Shown: positions 52,189 through 63,367, numbered from the stretch's first letter. The stretch: 64,000 bases of DNA from an uncultured Nitrososphaeraceae archaeon (GCA_963729045.1 CAVSMN010000011.1:96001-160000), one strand, 5' to 3'. Numbers and translations: made by a program. The notes: generated by a model from the letters alone, not told the origin.

Positions 52189-52947
52189 ATGTCTGTGCAG
52201 AAAGTGGCTTCAACCCCTCTTGTCAAAATAAACAATGTCAGTTACAGAAACGGCTCCGAAGTTATTTTAGATAATATATCCTTTGAAATAGATAGAGGAG
52301 ATTTCTTAGGTATTATTGGACCAAATGGAGCAGGTAAAACTACTCTATTTAAATGTCTGTTAGGGTTGAACAAAGAGTATACTGGCAATATAAGATTATT
52401 TGATAAAGATATAAGAAATCATGCAAAAGAGATTTATAAAAAGATAGGATACATCCCTCAGTCAAACAGTTTTGATCCCAGGTTTCCTGCTACAGTAAAG
52501 GAAATAATACAATTAGGTTCTGTCGGGGGGAAATCTTTTGATGAAAAAAAAGTTAAAGAATTGATAGAATTGACAGGTATAACGGAATATCTTAATAAAA
52601 GAATAGGCGATCTGTCAGGGGGACAACAACAAAGGGTCATGATAACTAAAGCACTTATCCACGATCCAGAATTACTGATATTAGACGAACCCGATACAGC
52701 TATAGATGCAGCTGTATTGAAATTATTTTACAAACTTTTGACAAAACTGAACAAGGAAAGAAAAATTACCATTATTTGGTCTTCACATGATCTAGATGCG
52801 GTGAGTTTGCTTTCAAATAAAGTGGCTTGTCTTTATCGGAAACTTTTTTTTCATGGAATTTCAGAAGACTTTTTTAGCAATGAAAGCAATCTCAAGACAT
52901 TTGCAGAATCATCGATGCACATCCACATAAAAAGCCATTCTCATTAA
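52189..52947 (+). CDS. Metal (Zn/Mn) ABC transporter ATP-binding protein, ZnuC-like
   Basis: GPNGAGKTT, GYIPQ, FPATV, LSGGQQQR, His-rich C-terminus. Confidence 0.9.
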   Translation: MSVQKVASTPLVKINNVSYRNGSEVILDNISFEIDRGDFLGIIGPNGAGKTTLFKCLLGLNKEYTGNIRLFDKDIRNHAKEIYKKIGYIPQSNSFDPRFPATVKEIIQLGSVGGKSFDEKKVKELIELTGITEYLNKRIGDLSGGQQQRVMITKALIHDPELLILDEPDTAIDAAVLKLFYKLLTKLNKERKITIIWSSHDLDAVSLLSNKVACLYRKLFFHGISEDFFSNESNLKTFAESSMHIHIKSHSH

Positions 52948-53427
52948 TCATTTCATTCTTGGCTTTACTTTTTTTGGAATGACATTTCGAGGACAAAGGA
53001 AGATGGAAGAAGAGACAAGACGTAACATGTCTGCATAGTGGCTTTCACGCAAGTAGTTTTTTGAAACTTTTATTTACTTTATTTGAAAGTAACATAGAAT
53101 TTACTCAGATTCATAAGCATGATAATGAAAAAGTACATAGTTAGTTTTTGCGATCAGGAATTACCGATTTGCATTGAAGCGCCTTTATAATAATCAAGAA
53201 ATTTCAATAAATTGATATTTTAAGAAGAGCTGAAATAATTGAAAGTCAATAATCAGAATTTTTCATAATTAATAGAAGAATAATTTAGTCTTTTTAATTG
53301 ATGCTCATAAAACGGTATTTGGTCGTCAGGCTGAAGATGATAACACCGCTGGCTAATTCTGTCTAGGGACCAAGATAAAAGACATAATAACAATTTTACA
53401 TTTATCATATAAGGATTTACAATAGAA

Positions 53428-54028
53428 TTGAAAGAGAACGAAGCGTATGAGAATAAACCAAGCAAGACGAGAAGCATCACCTTTAGACTCGAAAGCTCAG
53501 TTATAGAAGAATTACAATTTGAAGCTGATTACAGAGAAACATCTTTGAATGTACTTATTAATCAGATTCTACGGAGATACTCCAACTGGGAGAGATACGA
53601 GAATAAAATTGGAATGATTCCAATCCCCAAGATAATACTGTCAAGTGTGATGGACCAAGTAATCAGAACAGGTTCTGAAAATGGAATTGAAGATATCTCA
53701 AAATTTAAGGAGTCTTTAGTAAAAGAACTTTCACAAATAGCCTTCAACTTTTTAAAGGATTCTGTGCTCCTCATAAAGAAAAATTATACTCTATTTTCAG
53801 TCTTAGAGGGTACTCGAACAGTATATGAAGGTAATAGGAATAAATTCAGATCACAGAATCGAAGAAGATGGAAAACACGTTTACGTTATACAGCATAAAT
53901 TAGGAGAAATGTGGTCTCTGTTCATCAAGGAATTCCTTATACTTATATTTGAAAATTTGGGTAAAGTTAAGGTGGATATATCAAGTACACCTAACACAAC
54001 CGTTGCGAAGGTATTCCTTAATTCCTGA
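53428..54028 (+). CDS. Ribbon-helix-helix-like N-terminal domain protein; +1 frameshift at 53808-53810
   Basis: KTRSITFRL...SLNVLINQIL; removing one G gives VLEVLEQYMKV and joins ORF 53825-54028. Confidence 0.75.
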
Positions 54029-54366
54029 TACATTATAAGTAGAAATAATGATATTATTGTACATTCCTCCAATCAATGCAAAGATATCAGACCAGTAAAA
54101 ATTTCTATTAATAGCAATTTATGGACTCGTGCTGCAGCCATATCCCTCCCCCCTTCATTGCCCCCTCATTGACATATGCCTGTTTCAAATCATTAGAAAG
54201 ACAATTCAAAACCATATAGTAGGAGGTCAATTGAGATTATTATCCTTTCATGACCATTGCAGATCTTTTATCAAAGATATAAGGAGCAAAAATTTTTGGG
54301 TTATTAGATATTCGTTAGTTAGTTATGACATTTTGATTTTTATAGGATAAGATTTTAAAAAAATCA

Positions 54367-54848
54367 TTGGTTTGGAGGGCGTACTACCTTATCAAGAAAG
54401 ACAACTATCTGAAAATTTCTACATTATTAATTTGTATATTTTCAGTTTTCGCAATAATATTAAACATTGAAGGAAGCAATTGTATTGTTCAAATCAATTC
54501 TTCACCCATATTTAGCAATAGTTCTAACGAAGATAAAGAGGTTGGTAATAATAGTGATTTCATAAATCAAGGAGCAGAGGTGAAACAACAACAGGGAGAT
54601 GACCCGCAACAGCAACAGCAACAGCAAGCAGCAACAGCAACAGGAGCAACAGCAACAGGATGCAAATACGCCAATCTCAAGAGGCGTTGATGCAGCAGTC
54701 CTATGAACTCCGAAAATATTGCTTTTTAGTGACAAATCTGTACGTATACTCCCTATTTGGAATCATAATAGGTTTCATAATACTTGTACTTTGGTATATA
54801 AGATACAAAAAAATTTGGTCTTGGAAGAAAAACGGCCCCATTAATTAA
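54367..54848 (+). CDS. Membrane protein with a poly-Gln/Glu linker; frameshift inside the CAG/CAA tract
   Basis: N-terminal hydrophobic segment; the Q-run drifts into ATATG (shifted CAG CAA repeats); C-terminal TM in ORF 54660-54848. Confidence 0.6.
54584..54660 (+). repeat. CAG/CAA trinucleotide-rich tract
   Basis: caacagcaacagcaacagcaagcagcaacagcaacaggagcaacagcaacagga. Confidence 0.85.
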
Positions 54849-54898
54849 CCGATTTGAAATTTAAGAATTTCAAGCTATTTGCATAGATTTTTAAATAA

Positions 54899-56665
54899 AT
54901 GGGAACTAATTTCACACAAAGATTGTCTCGCGCAGATTCTATTCTAAAATTGGTTAAAACCTCATATGCTACATCACCCACGTTTAAGCAGGCCACTTTT
55001 TTCGGAGTGCCACATAACTACAAGGATATAAAGACACTAAGAGATCTTTTAGAAATCAATTACAAGTATCAACCAGTTAAGAATCAACTAAGACAGAACC
55101 TCATTGCTAAAATCAAGAATAATGAAAATCCATTCGTAGGGATTATTGGGTTTGATAATACAGTTATCCCAGCCATAAAGAGAGCACTCTTGGCGGGACA
55201 TGACATTTTGCTTGTAGGCCACATTGGCCAAGGAAAAACCAAACTTGCTGAATTAATTTCAGAGAACCTTTTGTCACCCATTCCCATAGTGGAAGGAACT
55301 TTGACAAATGATATTCCAACCGAAATGCCCTATACCCATCTTGTCGATTTGTTAAACGGAAATGCAGTTGATAAGATGCTTCCAGAATTTTATGTTTCAA
55401 AGGACTGCGAGGAAATAATCAAGAATAATGGTTTAGACACCAAAATAAAATGGTTAGACGGTAAACAAAGGTACAGATACATACTGGCAACCCCAGACAT
55501 CTCTGTTAAAGATCTAGTGGGTCAGATTGATGTTGTTAAAATCATAAAAAAAGGTATTGAAGTTTTTGATATAGATTCATATTCTCCTGGATATTTACTT
55601 CAAGCCAGATATGGGATTTTATGTCTTGACGAGTTACCAGTTCTAGATCCCCGGAAACAAGTAACGTTGCTTAGCGTGCTACAGGAGGGAAGATTTACCA
55701 CAGGCGCTTACCCAGTATTTTTCAAGCCGGATGTAAAAATCATTGCTACTGCAAATCCCATAGATTATACGCATTCTGGAAAGATAATAGAACCATTAGC
55801 CGATCGTTTAAAGAGCCATATTGAGACACACTATCCCAATTCAATTGATGATGAAACCTTAATTTTGGTACAGGAAATGGACATGTTAAATAGAGATCAA
55901 ACTTTTTTGCCAATCTTCATGCTAAAAACAATCACCAGGATTTTCCAAAAGATTAGAAGCCATCCCGATATCAATAGCGACAGAGGAGTGAGTGTACGGT
56001 CAACCATTCATTCCCTTGAAGCAGTCATCGGTGAAGTAGAGAGGGCTAGGTCTCTGGTAAATAATGTCAAAACAATACCAAGATTCTCAGATCTGCAATG
56101 TATATTCCAATCTTCAAAGTTTGAACTAGATGAAATAGAAGATACGACAGAAAATAAGACACTATTTCTAAATAATGTAATCAATGAAGTCATTCAAGAG
56201 ATATGTTTACATTTTTTTAACGAATTTTTCAACCCCCAAGAACTAGTATCCATTAAGAATGAGTTTAGAAACAAATCATTTATTGTAGTTCAAAATCAAT
56301 ACCAACACGCAACAGCAGCCCAATCGGTATATGGGGACAGAAGGAACGAATTTGGAAAAAGAAACAAATGACTGCTTCGTACTTATATACAGATCAGTTG
56401 AGACACCTTCCAGTGATATTTAAGACATTAAAAGGCGTAATCGCTAAAATAAGACAAGAACAAGATCACTTTGTTCAAAAGGCCCGTCAAAACGAGATTG
56501 ACAAGAATCTTCAATATATTCAGTTTGAAGGCGCATGGAATGATACGGAAAACAATAACGAAGAACTTTTAGCAACATCATCGCGAGTTACTCTTTGAAT
56601 ATTTAAGGTTTAGTTCCCCACCGATTCTGGATAAAAGGGAAGACAAGTTCGAAATTAGAGAATAA
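54899..56665 (+). CDS. Mg-chelatase-ChlI-like AAA+ ATPase (Rv0958-like); frameshifts near 56300-56365 and 56580
   Basis: 'LRQNLIAKI...GIIGFDNTVIP.I.RALLAGHD.LL.G..GQGKT', LATPD, LCLDE, ATANP.DYT..G.II.PL.DR..IETHYP, GVSVR; last frame ELLFEYL...EIRE*. Confidence 0.85.
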
Positions 56666-56670
56666 ACAAA

Positions 56671-58416
56671 TTGAAAGGATCAGAAGACAAGCTCAATAGT
56701 AACAGAATTCGTACTGATAATAGTAACAACAATACAAAGGTTAGTGACCAAAGTAATAGAGACAAAGATCAATTGGGTCAAAACAATGCAGTCGTGCATG
56801 AGAAAAGAATTATCTATTTTTCAAGACCCTTTGTAAATTATGACGATGGGGATGAGGAGGACAATAACAGAGCAAAAAAAAATTTAGGAAACCGCCAGAA
56901 TCATAATTCCCAACAAGAACAACAGCAATCCTCTTCTGACCAGGAAAAAATTCGAGCAAGAAACAACTTGTTGAGGCAGTTTTTTCCAGATATATTAAAA
57001 GCGATAGGCAACAAAGCCATTAAAGATAATCCTCCCACTCTTCAAGAACTGGAATCATATCTTCAAGATTATTTTGTTGAACTACAAAAGAGAAAGATTG
57101 CTGATGAAAATGCAAATGTTCAAGACCATTTATCTAGATCTAATAACCCTACTTCATCAAGTCAAGAATACGATAGCAAGGAACGGGATAGAGCACATTA
57201 TTTAAGAAGGCAGGATGAATCAGCTGGTTCAGTCACCACCATTAGTCAGAGAAACTATAGATTAAATTTTAATTTTAATGAGCATACATTTTCAGATAAC
57301 AATCTTCCAATTGTTACTGAATTGATTAAGAAAGGTTATCTAGTTGATTCAGATAAATGGTTAAACAAGAAAGGGTTTCTAAAAATAGGTCAACAGATAC
57401 TTACAGAGATCATAAAGTCTTTAAAGACAGACAAAATAGGGATGCATGAAACAAAATTTGCAGGTTATGGAAGCATGGTCCAGGAAACATCCAAAAAGTA
57501 TGAGTACGGAAATGAGATATCCAACATCAATATCAACTCGACAATAAGGAATTTTGTAGAAAGATACTACGAGGATCATCGCCAGATTAATGATGACCTT
57601 CATAACAGAATTGAGTTTCCATTGGACATCTCATATGAAGATATAGAGATTTATGATACTCTAGAAGAAATTCAAGTAGCTACTGTTTATTGTATTGACT
57701 TGAGCTCAACAATGAAATATTCATCGATGTACAATGATCTTAGTAGGATAGAGGCTTCAAAGCGTGCATTGTGGAGTTTGTTTATATTAAACAAGAAATT
57801 TTTCCCTCTAGATTCTATCCATACGATTGGTTTTGGGTCCATAGCCTCACGAATTGATCCGATGGATATTCCTTTTTTAAGAACATTTGAACCTAATGCA
57901 GATTTCCTACACTATACCAACTATCAAGCAGCATATAGATATGCAAAAAGGATTTTGAAGAAAGATGGCGCTAAAAACAAAAGGATTGTAATGATAACAG
58001 ACGGCCATCCCAGTGCATGTTTTATAGATAGCAAGAACGAGAAGGATAAGATAATGAAACAAAGACCATATTCACATTTTTATATTCCTGATAAGGATCG
58101 AATAGGCTCTCAGAATTCAGAGAATAATAGAATAAAATTTGATATTCATGATAAACAAACAGTCTACCTGTGCTATAGGTATAGGCAGATTGACCAGTAT
58201 ATCGGAGAACAGACAATTAAAGAAGCAAAGAAACTAAAAAAAGATGGCATAGATCTTGATACAATAATGGTTAGCGAGGAGGATACTCTACTAGACTTTG
58301 TAAACGAATTGGCTAAATCAGTTGACGGAAAATCAATATATATTAATCCTAAAGAAATTGACAGAGTTCTTATTAATGACTATTTATCAAACAAAAAGAA
58401 AATGATAAGAAAATAG
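56671..58416 (+). CDS. vWA-domain protein (Rv0959-like partner)
   Basis: 'GMHET', 'KKYEYG', IDLSSTM, YTNYQAA, ITDGHPSA; starts 5 nt after the ATPase; low-complexity N/Q-rich N-terminus. Confidence 0.85.
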   Translation: MKGSEDKLNSNRIRTDNSNNNTKVSDQSNRDKDQLGQNNAVVHEKRIIYFSRPFVNYDDGDEEDNNRAKKNLGNRQNHNSQQEQQQSSSDQEKIRARNNLLRQFFPDILKAIGNKAIKDNPPTLQELESYLQDYFVELQKRKIADENANVQDHLSRSNNPTSSSQEYDSKERDRAHYLRRQDESAGSVTTISQRNYRLNFNFNEHTFSDNNLPIVTELIKKGYLVDSDKWLNKKGFLKIGQQILTEIIKSLKTDKIGMHETKFAGYGSMVQETSKKYEYGNEISNININSTIRNFVERYYEDHRQINDDLHNRIEFPLDISYEDIEIYDTLEEIQVATVYCIDLSSTMKYSSMYNDLSRIEASKRALWSLFILNKKFFPLDSIHTIGFGSIASRIDPMDIPFLRTFEPNADFLHYTNYQAAYRYAKRILKKDGAKNKRIVMITDGHPSACFIDSKNEKDKIMKQRPYSHFYIPDKDRIGSQNSENNRIKFDIHDKQTVYLCYRYRQIDQYIGEQTIKEAKKLKKDGIDLDTIMVSEEDTLLDFVNELAKSVDGKSIYINPKEIDRVLINDYLSNKKKMIRK

Positions 58417-58508
58417 ATGAGGATTGTTAACTTTGTTCTCTACAACCAGAGTAGTATAGCAAAATCAAAAAAATAATCCCCTATATGGTATTTGTTAACT
58501 GTCTTTTG

Positions 58509-60046
58509 TTAATTACCGCCACCCTGCAAAAGTTCCAACATTCTTAAAATATCGACTGTTTCGTTACTTTTTAAATCAGGCATCATAAAAGAGCTTGAAG
58601 AGTCATTTCCAAATGAACCATTATTAAAGAAACCAAGACCAGTGTCATTTCCTCTCACCGCTACTATTACTACTACTACCAACACCACCAAATAAGGCTT
58701 CAAAAGGGTTAAAAATTGTGGTATCGTTAGATGCGGTGCCATTGTTACTTTCGTTTAAAAACATTTGGTTTAAAAAGGAGGTATCAGATTCATTGGATGG
58801 AAAAAAAGAGGATAATGGCAAGTCGCTAAATGAGGAAGAGAGGGAGGATGGTGACTCTAGAGAAGAGAATGGCGAATTTGACTGAGAAGGAGAAAGAGAG
58901 GAAAGCATCGCAAATGGACCCAACAACTCCTTAAATTCTGAGAGGTTAAAGTCACCATTTGAATTCTTGGAGAAATTAAGCATATTGGCAAGGTCAGAAA
59001 TTGAACTCTCATTATTTAGTAGAGAATTACCCATGTCAAAAGATGGATGAGAAAAGGATCCTCCACTACAAAGATCTGATAGAAGTTGGATGCTGCAGAT
59101 GGTTTGTAAATTAATAGGCGGGATAGATTTCATTATGGAAGACATGTTTAGAATATTTCCAGAAGAGGAATTTAAGAGATTTTCTAGTATATTTTTAGGC
59201 GAGTTATTTAGCTCTGACTTATTAAACAACCCTGAAGAATTATCAGTAAAATTGCTTAAATTCAAAGAAGACAAAATCCCTTGCAGCATAGGCACTTTTT
59301 CTTTGAGCATGGCTAGTCCTGTCGAATTGGTCAGTAGTTTTAGAGAGTCTGACAAATTGTCTGAATCAATCTTAAAAGAATAAATCATTTTGTTAGTTAT
59401 TGGGAGAGAATTCTCATAGTCAGAAGTATTTACCTCGTAGCTTATTGAATATAGTTTATTGTCAACTATCATCCCATATTCAACAGTATCAATTGTTTCA
59501 TTACCAGAATAACTTCTTGTTACCAATTTATAAGCTGGATGACCTGCTAACAATGAATCAGTTGAAGCTTCGACTATAGTAATATCTTGATCTTCTGCTT
59601 GAATCAGCATTTGTACGATCTTCCAAATAGGAACTTATATTATCAGGAGAATAGAAAATAGGAGGATAAAAGGTTTGAACGTAAACATCAAACCATGAAA
59701 TAAATGTCTCTGGAGATAATCCTGAATCATCAACATAAGCTGGGAAAAAGCTTATCTGTTTTACTGTATCATTAGAATTGCTTTCGTCAATTAAGAAGCT
59801 AGAAGGGTATTTTAAAGAAACGCCAACCTCACTATTTTCATAGTTATTGAAAATTATGCTATTGTTGTTGTCAGAAACTGAATTTGCCAATGTTGCTACA
59901 GATTCTTGTGCAAAAACCAAATTCGAGTTATTACCATTATTACCGTTCAGCATATTCGTATTGAACATAGTGCCAAATAATGAAATCACAAATGTCAAAA
60001 CTAAAAGAGATGATGAAAAAATAATTACATTTTTACTCTTGTTCAT
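58509..60046 (-). CDS. Secreted PsbP-like protein with a long Ser/Asn/Leu-rich tail; frameshifts near 59610 and 58655
   Basis: Signal peptide, 'YENSEVGVSLKYP', 'LAGHPAYKL', 'KLYSISY', 'KMIYSFKI'; three consecutive ORFs of continuous character. Confidence 0.75.
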
Positions 60047-60179
60047 CAAAGGGTATTGAATTAACACATATAAAATATTTTTCTGTACAAAACCACAATA
60101 AGAAATCACAACTATTTAAAATATGCAGATAAATAAAAAGAAGGATGAAGATTGGAAATCAGGAGGATGAGAGATAACT

Positions 60180-60818
60180 ATGTCAGATAAGAAAAATAAT
60201 TTTAATACAGATATAACTGATGAAGATGAGCTAGATGAAATAAAAAAAATTGCAGAGATGTTAAATCCGGATGAAAAGGTATTGGTGGTTGCCAGACAAT
60301 CAAGATTTAAGCCTGGTGGGTCTCAACTTTCACCCAATGTGGTTTATGCAACTGATAGAAGAATCATTTTGAGAGATCCAAGTATGCTTGGACTAAAACA
60401 AGACATAATTGATATTCCTTACAATGTTATTACAAACGCCAAAATAGAAAAAGGCCTGCTTTCGGCTTCGGTAATCTTTAATGCTCCAGGATTGTTTAAC
60501 CCCAATATTCCTGGGAGGATGCCATGGATAAAGAGATTAGAAACAGATGAGCATGGAGAAAATGGGGTTATCGATGCTATTCCCAAGAAAAAGGCAGAAG
60601 ATTTGATAGAGGTGATACGTAACGGAATTACCCAAATAAGGTCCCCCACTTACCCCTCAACTGGTGCTAATAATGTAAGCCAAATTCCCCAACACCAGAG
60701 TCAGAGTCAAATATCTCACGCTGATGAACTAAAGAAGATTGCGGACTTGAAGGATAGGGGTGTAATCTCAGAAGAAGAATTCAAAAGGATGAAGGAAAAG
60801 ATCATCGGAAAGGAGTAG
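60180..60818 (+). CDS. Bacterial PH-domain protein with a C-terminal SHOCT domain
   Basis: 'LNPDEKVL...YATDRRII...DIPY' and 'DELKKIADLKDRGVISEEEF..MKEKII'. Confidence 0.85.
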   Translation: MSDKKNNFNTDITDEDELDEIKKIAEMLNPDEKVLVVARQSRFKPGGSQLSPNVVYATDRRIILRDPSMLGLKQDIIDIPYNVITNAKIEKGLLSASVIFNAPGLFNPNIPGRMPWIKRLETDEHGENGVIDAIPKKKAEDLIEVIRNGITQIRSPTYPSTGANNVSQIPQHQSQSQISHADELKKIADLKDRGVISEEEFKRMKEKIIGKE

Positions 60819-61106
60819 ATTTATGCAACTAAAATAAAACATAGTTAGATAGGTATGATAAAGTAAAACATAAAGAACCTTTGTCTTTGTTTTAACTTCT
60901 ATCAATACATACAGAGAAAATGCAATAAATTAAGAAGCCAAGGCATGACCAAAAAAACAATTACAAAATCTTTTTTGCTTAATATCTATTTTGCTTGGTA
61001 AGAAATTCGCAAATCAATAGATAGGAAAGAACCTTTGGTTTTGGTTTTGTTGTTTTATCTTTGTACCAATGACCTTTTAAGGCACATTTGAGTATAATCT
61101 TATAAA

Positions 61107-61529
61107 TTGCTTAAAAGAGACAAAGATTTTAAAGAAACTCTTGCACATTTTTTAAGCAACAAGACCAGTTTGTTTTTATTTTTGTCAATAGTGGTTGCAA
61201 GTGTAGCCATATACCCCTTTGTTATTCCGCACCTCTATCACCCTTCCATGATTTATCACATCCTCATTCACATTATTAGTTTTGACGTGGCCCTTTTCCT
61301 AACTACGATTTCGTTTGTCTCCTTCAAGAAGACAAAAAGTAAAAAAATACTCTTGACAGGCCTTAGTTTTGGATTTTTGTTAATTATAGAATTTCTGTAT
61401 TTATTACAGTCAAGTCATGTTTTGGGAACATTCTACATACCTTTAATAGAGGTAGAATTTCAACATGTGTTGTTATTATTGATGTTAGTATTGTTTGCTG
61501 CAGGGGTATTGAGGTTGGAAAGAAAATGA
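61107..61529 (+). CDS. Four-TM His-containing membrane protein
   Basis: Four hydrophobic segments; ATGA overlap with the downstream regulator. Confidence 0.8.
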   Translation: MLKRDKDFKETLAHFLSNKTSLFLFLSIVVASVAIYPFVIPHLYHPSMIYHILIHIISFDVALFLTTISFVSFKKTKSKKILLTGLSFGFLLIIEFLYLLQSSHVLGTFYIPLIEVEFQHVLLLLMLVLFAAGVLRLERK

Positions 61530-62074
61530 ATCCGAGCACGATAATTAATGAGAACCAAACAGAGTCAATTGGAAATAACAGAAGTACAATACTCAAAATT
61601 ATCAACTCCTTTCCAGGGATTAGGTACAGAGATATTCTAAGAATAACAAATCTTAATAATGGCACCCTATCTCATCACCTATCAATACTTGAAAAAAGGT
61701 CAATAATCAAAATCGGCCGAACAGAAAATAGCAATATTACCAGATACTTTCCGGCCTCGACACCATCGGATGAAACTCTCATACTAAATTACCTGAAAAT
61801 AAAGACCACTAAAAGTATAATCATGATGCTAAATGATACCGAAGACGTATCCTTTAATGAGATTGTAAAGCATATCAATAAAGCACCGTCTACTACTTCA
61901 TGGAATCTTAAAAGGTTAGTTGATTCAAATATAGTTGGAAGAAAAAGAGGTAAAGAGGTTTCATTATTTTATCTTCTTAATAAAGGATTGGTTAAGGAAC
62001 TTGTTGGTCAAAATAACAAAACTTTACTTGATAGAAGCATTGATAACTACATATCAATCATAGACGAGTTATAA
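61526..62074 (+). CDS. Double winged-helix transcriptional regulator (archaeal ArsR-like)
   Basis: 'PGIRYRDILR...NGTLSHHLSILEK' and 'SFNEIV..INKAPSTTSWNLKRL'. Confidence 0.88.
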   Translation: MNPSTIINENQTESIGNNRSTILKIINSFPGIRYRDILRITNLNNGTLSHHLSILEKRSIIKIGRTENSNITRYFPASTPSDETLILNYLKIKTTKSIIMMLNDTEDVSFNEIVKHINKAPSTTSWNLKRLVDSNIVGRKRGKEVSLFYLLNKGLVKELVGQNNKTLLDRSIDNYISIIDEL

Positions 62075-62238
62075 AAAACATTATTATTATCTAGCGCTAA
62101 AACCATTCCTAACCTCTTTTCCAGGAAGGATACGATACAAAAGATACTAAGCAAAAATCATTGACTACAACTTGTGGACATTATAGGAAAAAAGACAACA
62201 GTAATATCTTTACTACACTTTGCTTTATACTTACCAAT

Positions 62239-62682
62239 ATGAACCACTTAGATGATGGACCAGATAAGAACCATGAAATCAAAGACAAATTAGAGTATCT
62301 TTTTGAGATGCAAAACTCCTTGATAACTCAAGATTATAACAGTACAAAAATTAAAAGTTCTGAAAAGATTCCTCTAGATAATAACCCTGAAAATAAAATG
62401 AAGAAATTGTACGAGATGAAAGAACCATTTTCAGGATACAAAATATTTATGATTTCGTCTGCCTTGGTGCACGAAGCCATAGAACTTCAGAGGGAAACTA
62501 ATTGGAAATGGTGGAAGAAAGATAAAACAGTAGATAATGAAAAACTTCAAGAGGAAATCATAGACTTGTGGCATTTTTTAATACAATTGTCAATTGAGGC
62601 CGGCTTTGAACCACAAACACTGATATCAAAATACATGGAAAAAAACAAAGAGAATACTGGAAGACAGCTAAGAGGTTACTAA
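62239..62682 (+). CDS. All-alpha (dimeric-type) dUTP diphosphatase family protein
   Basis: 'LFEMQ..L', 'E..EL..ETNWKWWK', 'EEIIDLWHFLI', 'YMEKNKEN..RQ..GY'. Confidence 0.85.
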   Translation: MNHLDDGPDKNHEIKDKLEYLFEMQNSLITQDYNSTKIKSSEKIPLDNNPENKMKKLYEMKEPFSGYKIFMISSALVHEAIELQRETNWKWWKKDKTVDNEKLQEEIIDLWHFLIQLSIEAGFEPQTLISKYMEKNKENTGRQLRGY

Positions 62683-62703
62683 GAACAATAACTACCCCAC
62701 TAC

Positions 62704-63144
62704 TCAAATCATATCAAATTTGCCAATCTTTCTTAGGGACATTATATCTCCTAAAATTTCTATTTCGTCGTATTGATCCTTGACTGCCAAAACAAAAAGA
62801 TCTTCCTCAAATATTAATAGCCAATCGCTTGTTCCTATAATAGGTAATTTCCTCACCAATGTTTTCCCTTCTTTTAGTGTGGTTCGGACATAAGCATGAG
62901 AGGGTAGCTTTGCATCCTTGTTTTTGACTCTGATAAGGTCACTTTGCAGTTTAATACCTCTAATACCTGGTTGGATGTTTAGTTTTCTAATATTGCCATC
63001 CCTGTCTTCTATTTTTGATGTTACATAACTTTGGCCGATGTCAAAATCCAAACTAAAAGATATTTTGATCACGCACGAATTACTTTGTGGAATTTCATTT
63101 TGCATGAGTTCAGATTCTTCATCAAAATAGAGACCATCTTTCAA
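62704..63144 (-). CDS. Hypothetical protein
   Basis: 146-aa ORF with TTG start, beta-rich. Confidence 0.7.
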   Translation of the reverse strand: MKDGLYFDEESELMQNEIPQSNSCVIKISFSLDFDIGQSYVTSKIEDRDGNIRKLNIQPGIRGIKLQSDLIRVKNKDAKLPSHAYVRTTLKEGKTLVRKLPIIGTSDWLLIFEEDLFVLAVKDQYDEIEILGDIMSLRKIGKFDMI

Positions 63145-63367
63145 TAATTTATAATTACAGTTTATTATTTAATAAAACTTTTCATAATATATTAGGATTT
63201 AAAGATTTCTTGTATTTTACAATAGTTAGTTTCTAGAAAATATTATTGCTGCATTAATCCTCAAATCCAACAATGATAATAATTTATTTATCTTTTTTTT
63301 CTCTATCGCAATTGCTTTTACCAATCTTAATATGACATGAGATACAAGTATATATTGTATAGAGGGC

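Noticed and set aside
29170..52947. Orphan ABC ATPases (OppD-like at 29170 and ZnuC-like at 52189) without permeases
   Set aside because: Scattered transporter subunits are common in these genomes; partners probably lie outside the window.
54129..54350. Short intergenic ORF (likewise 1152-1343, 8798-9001 and 53253-53480)
   Set aside because: No motif and weak start context; likely chance ORFs.
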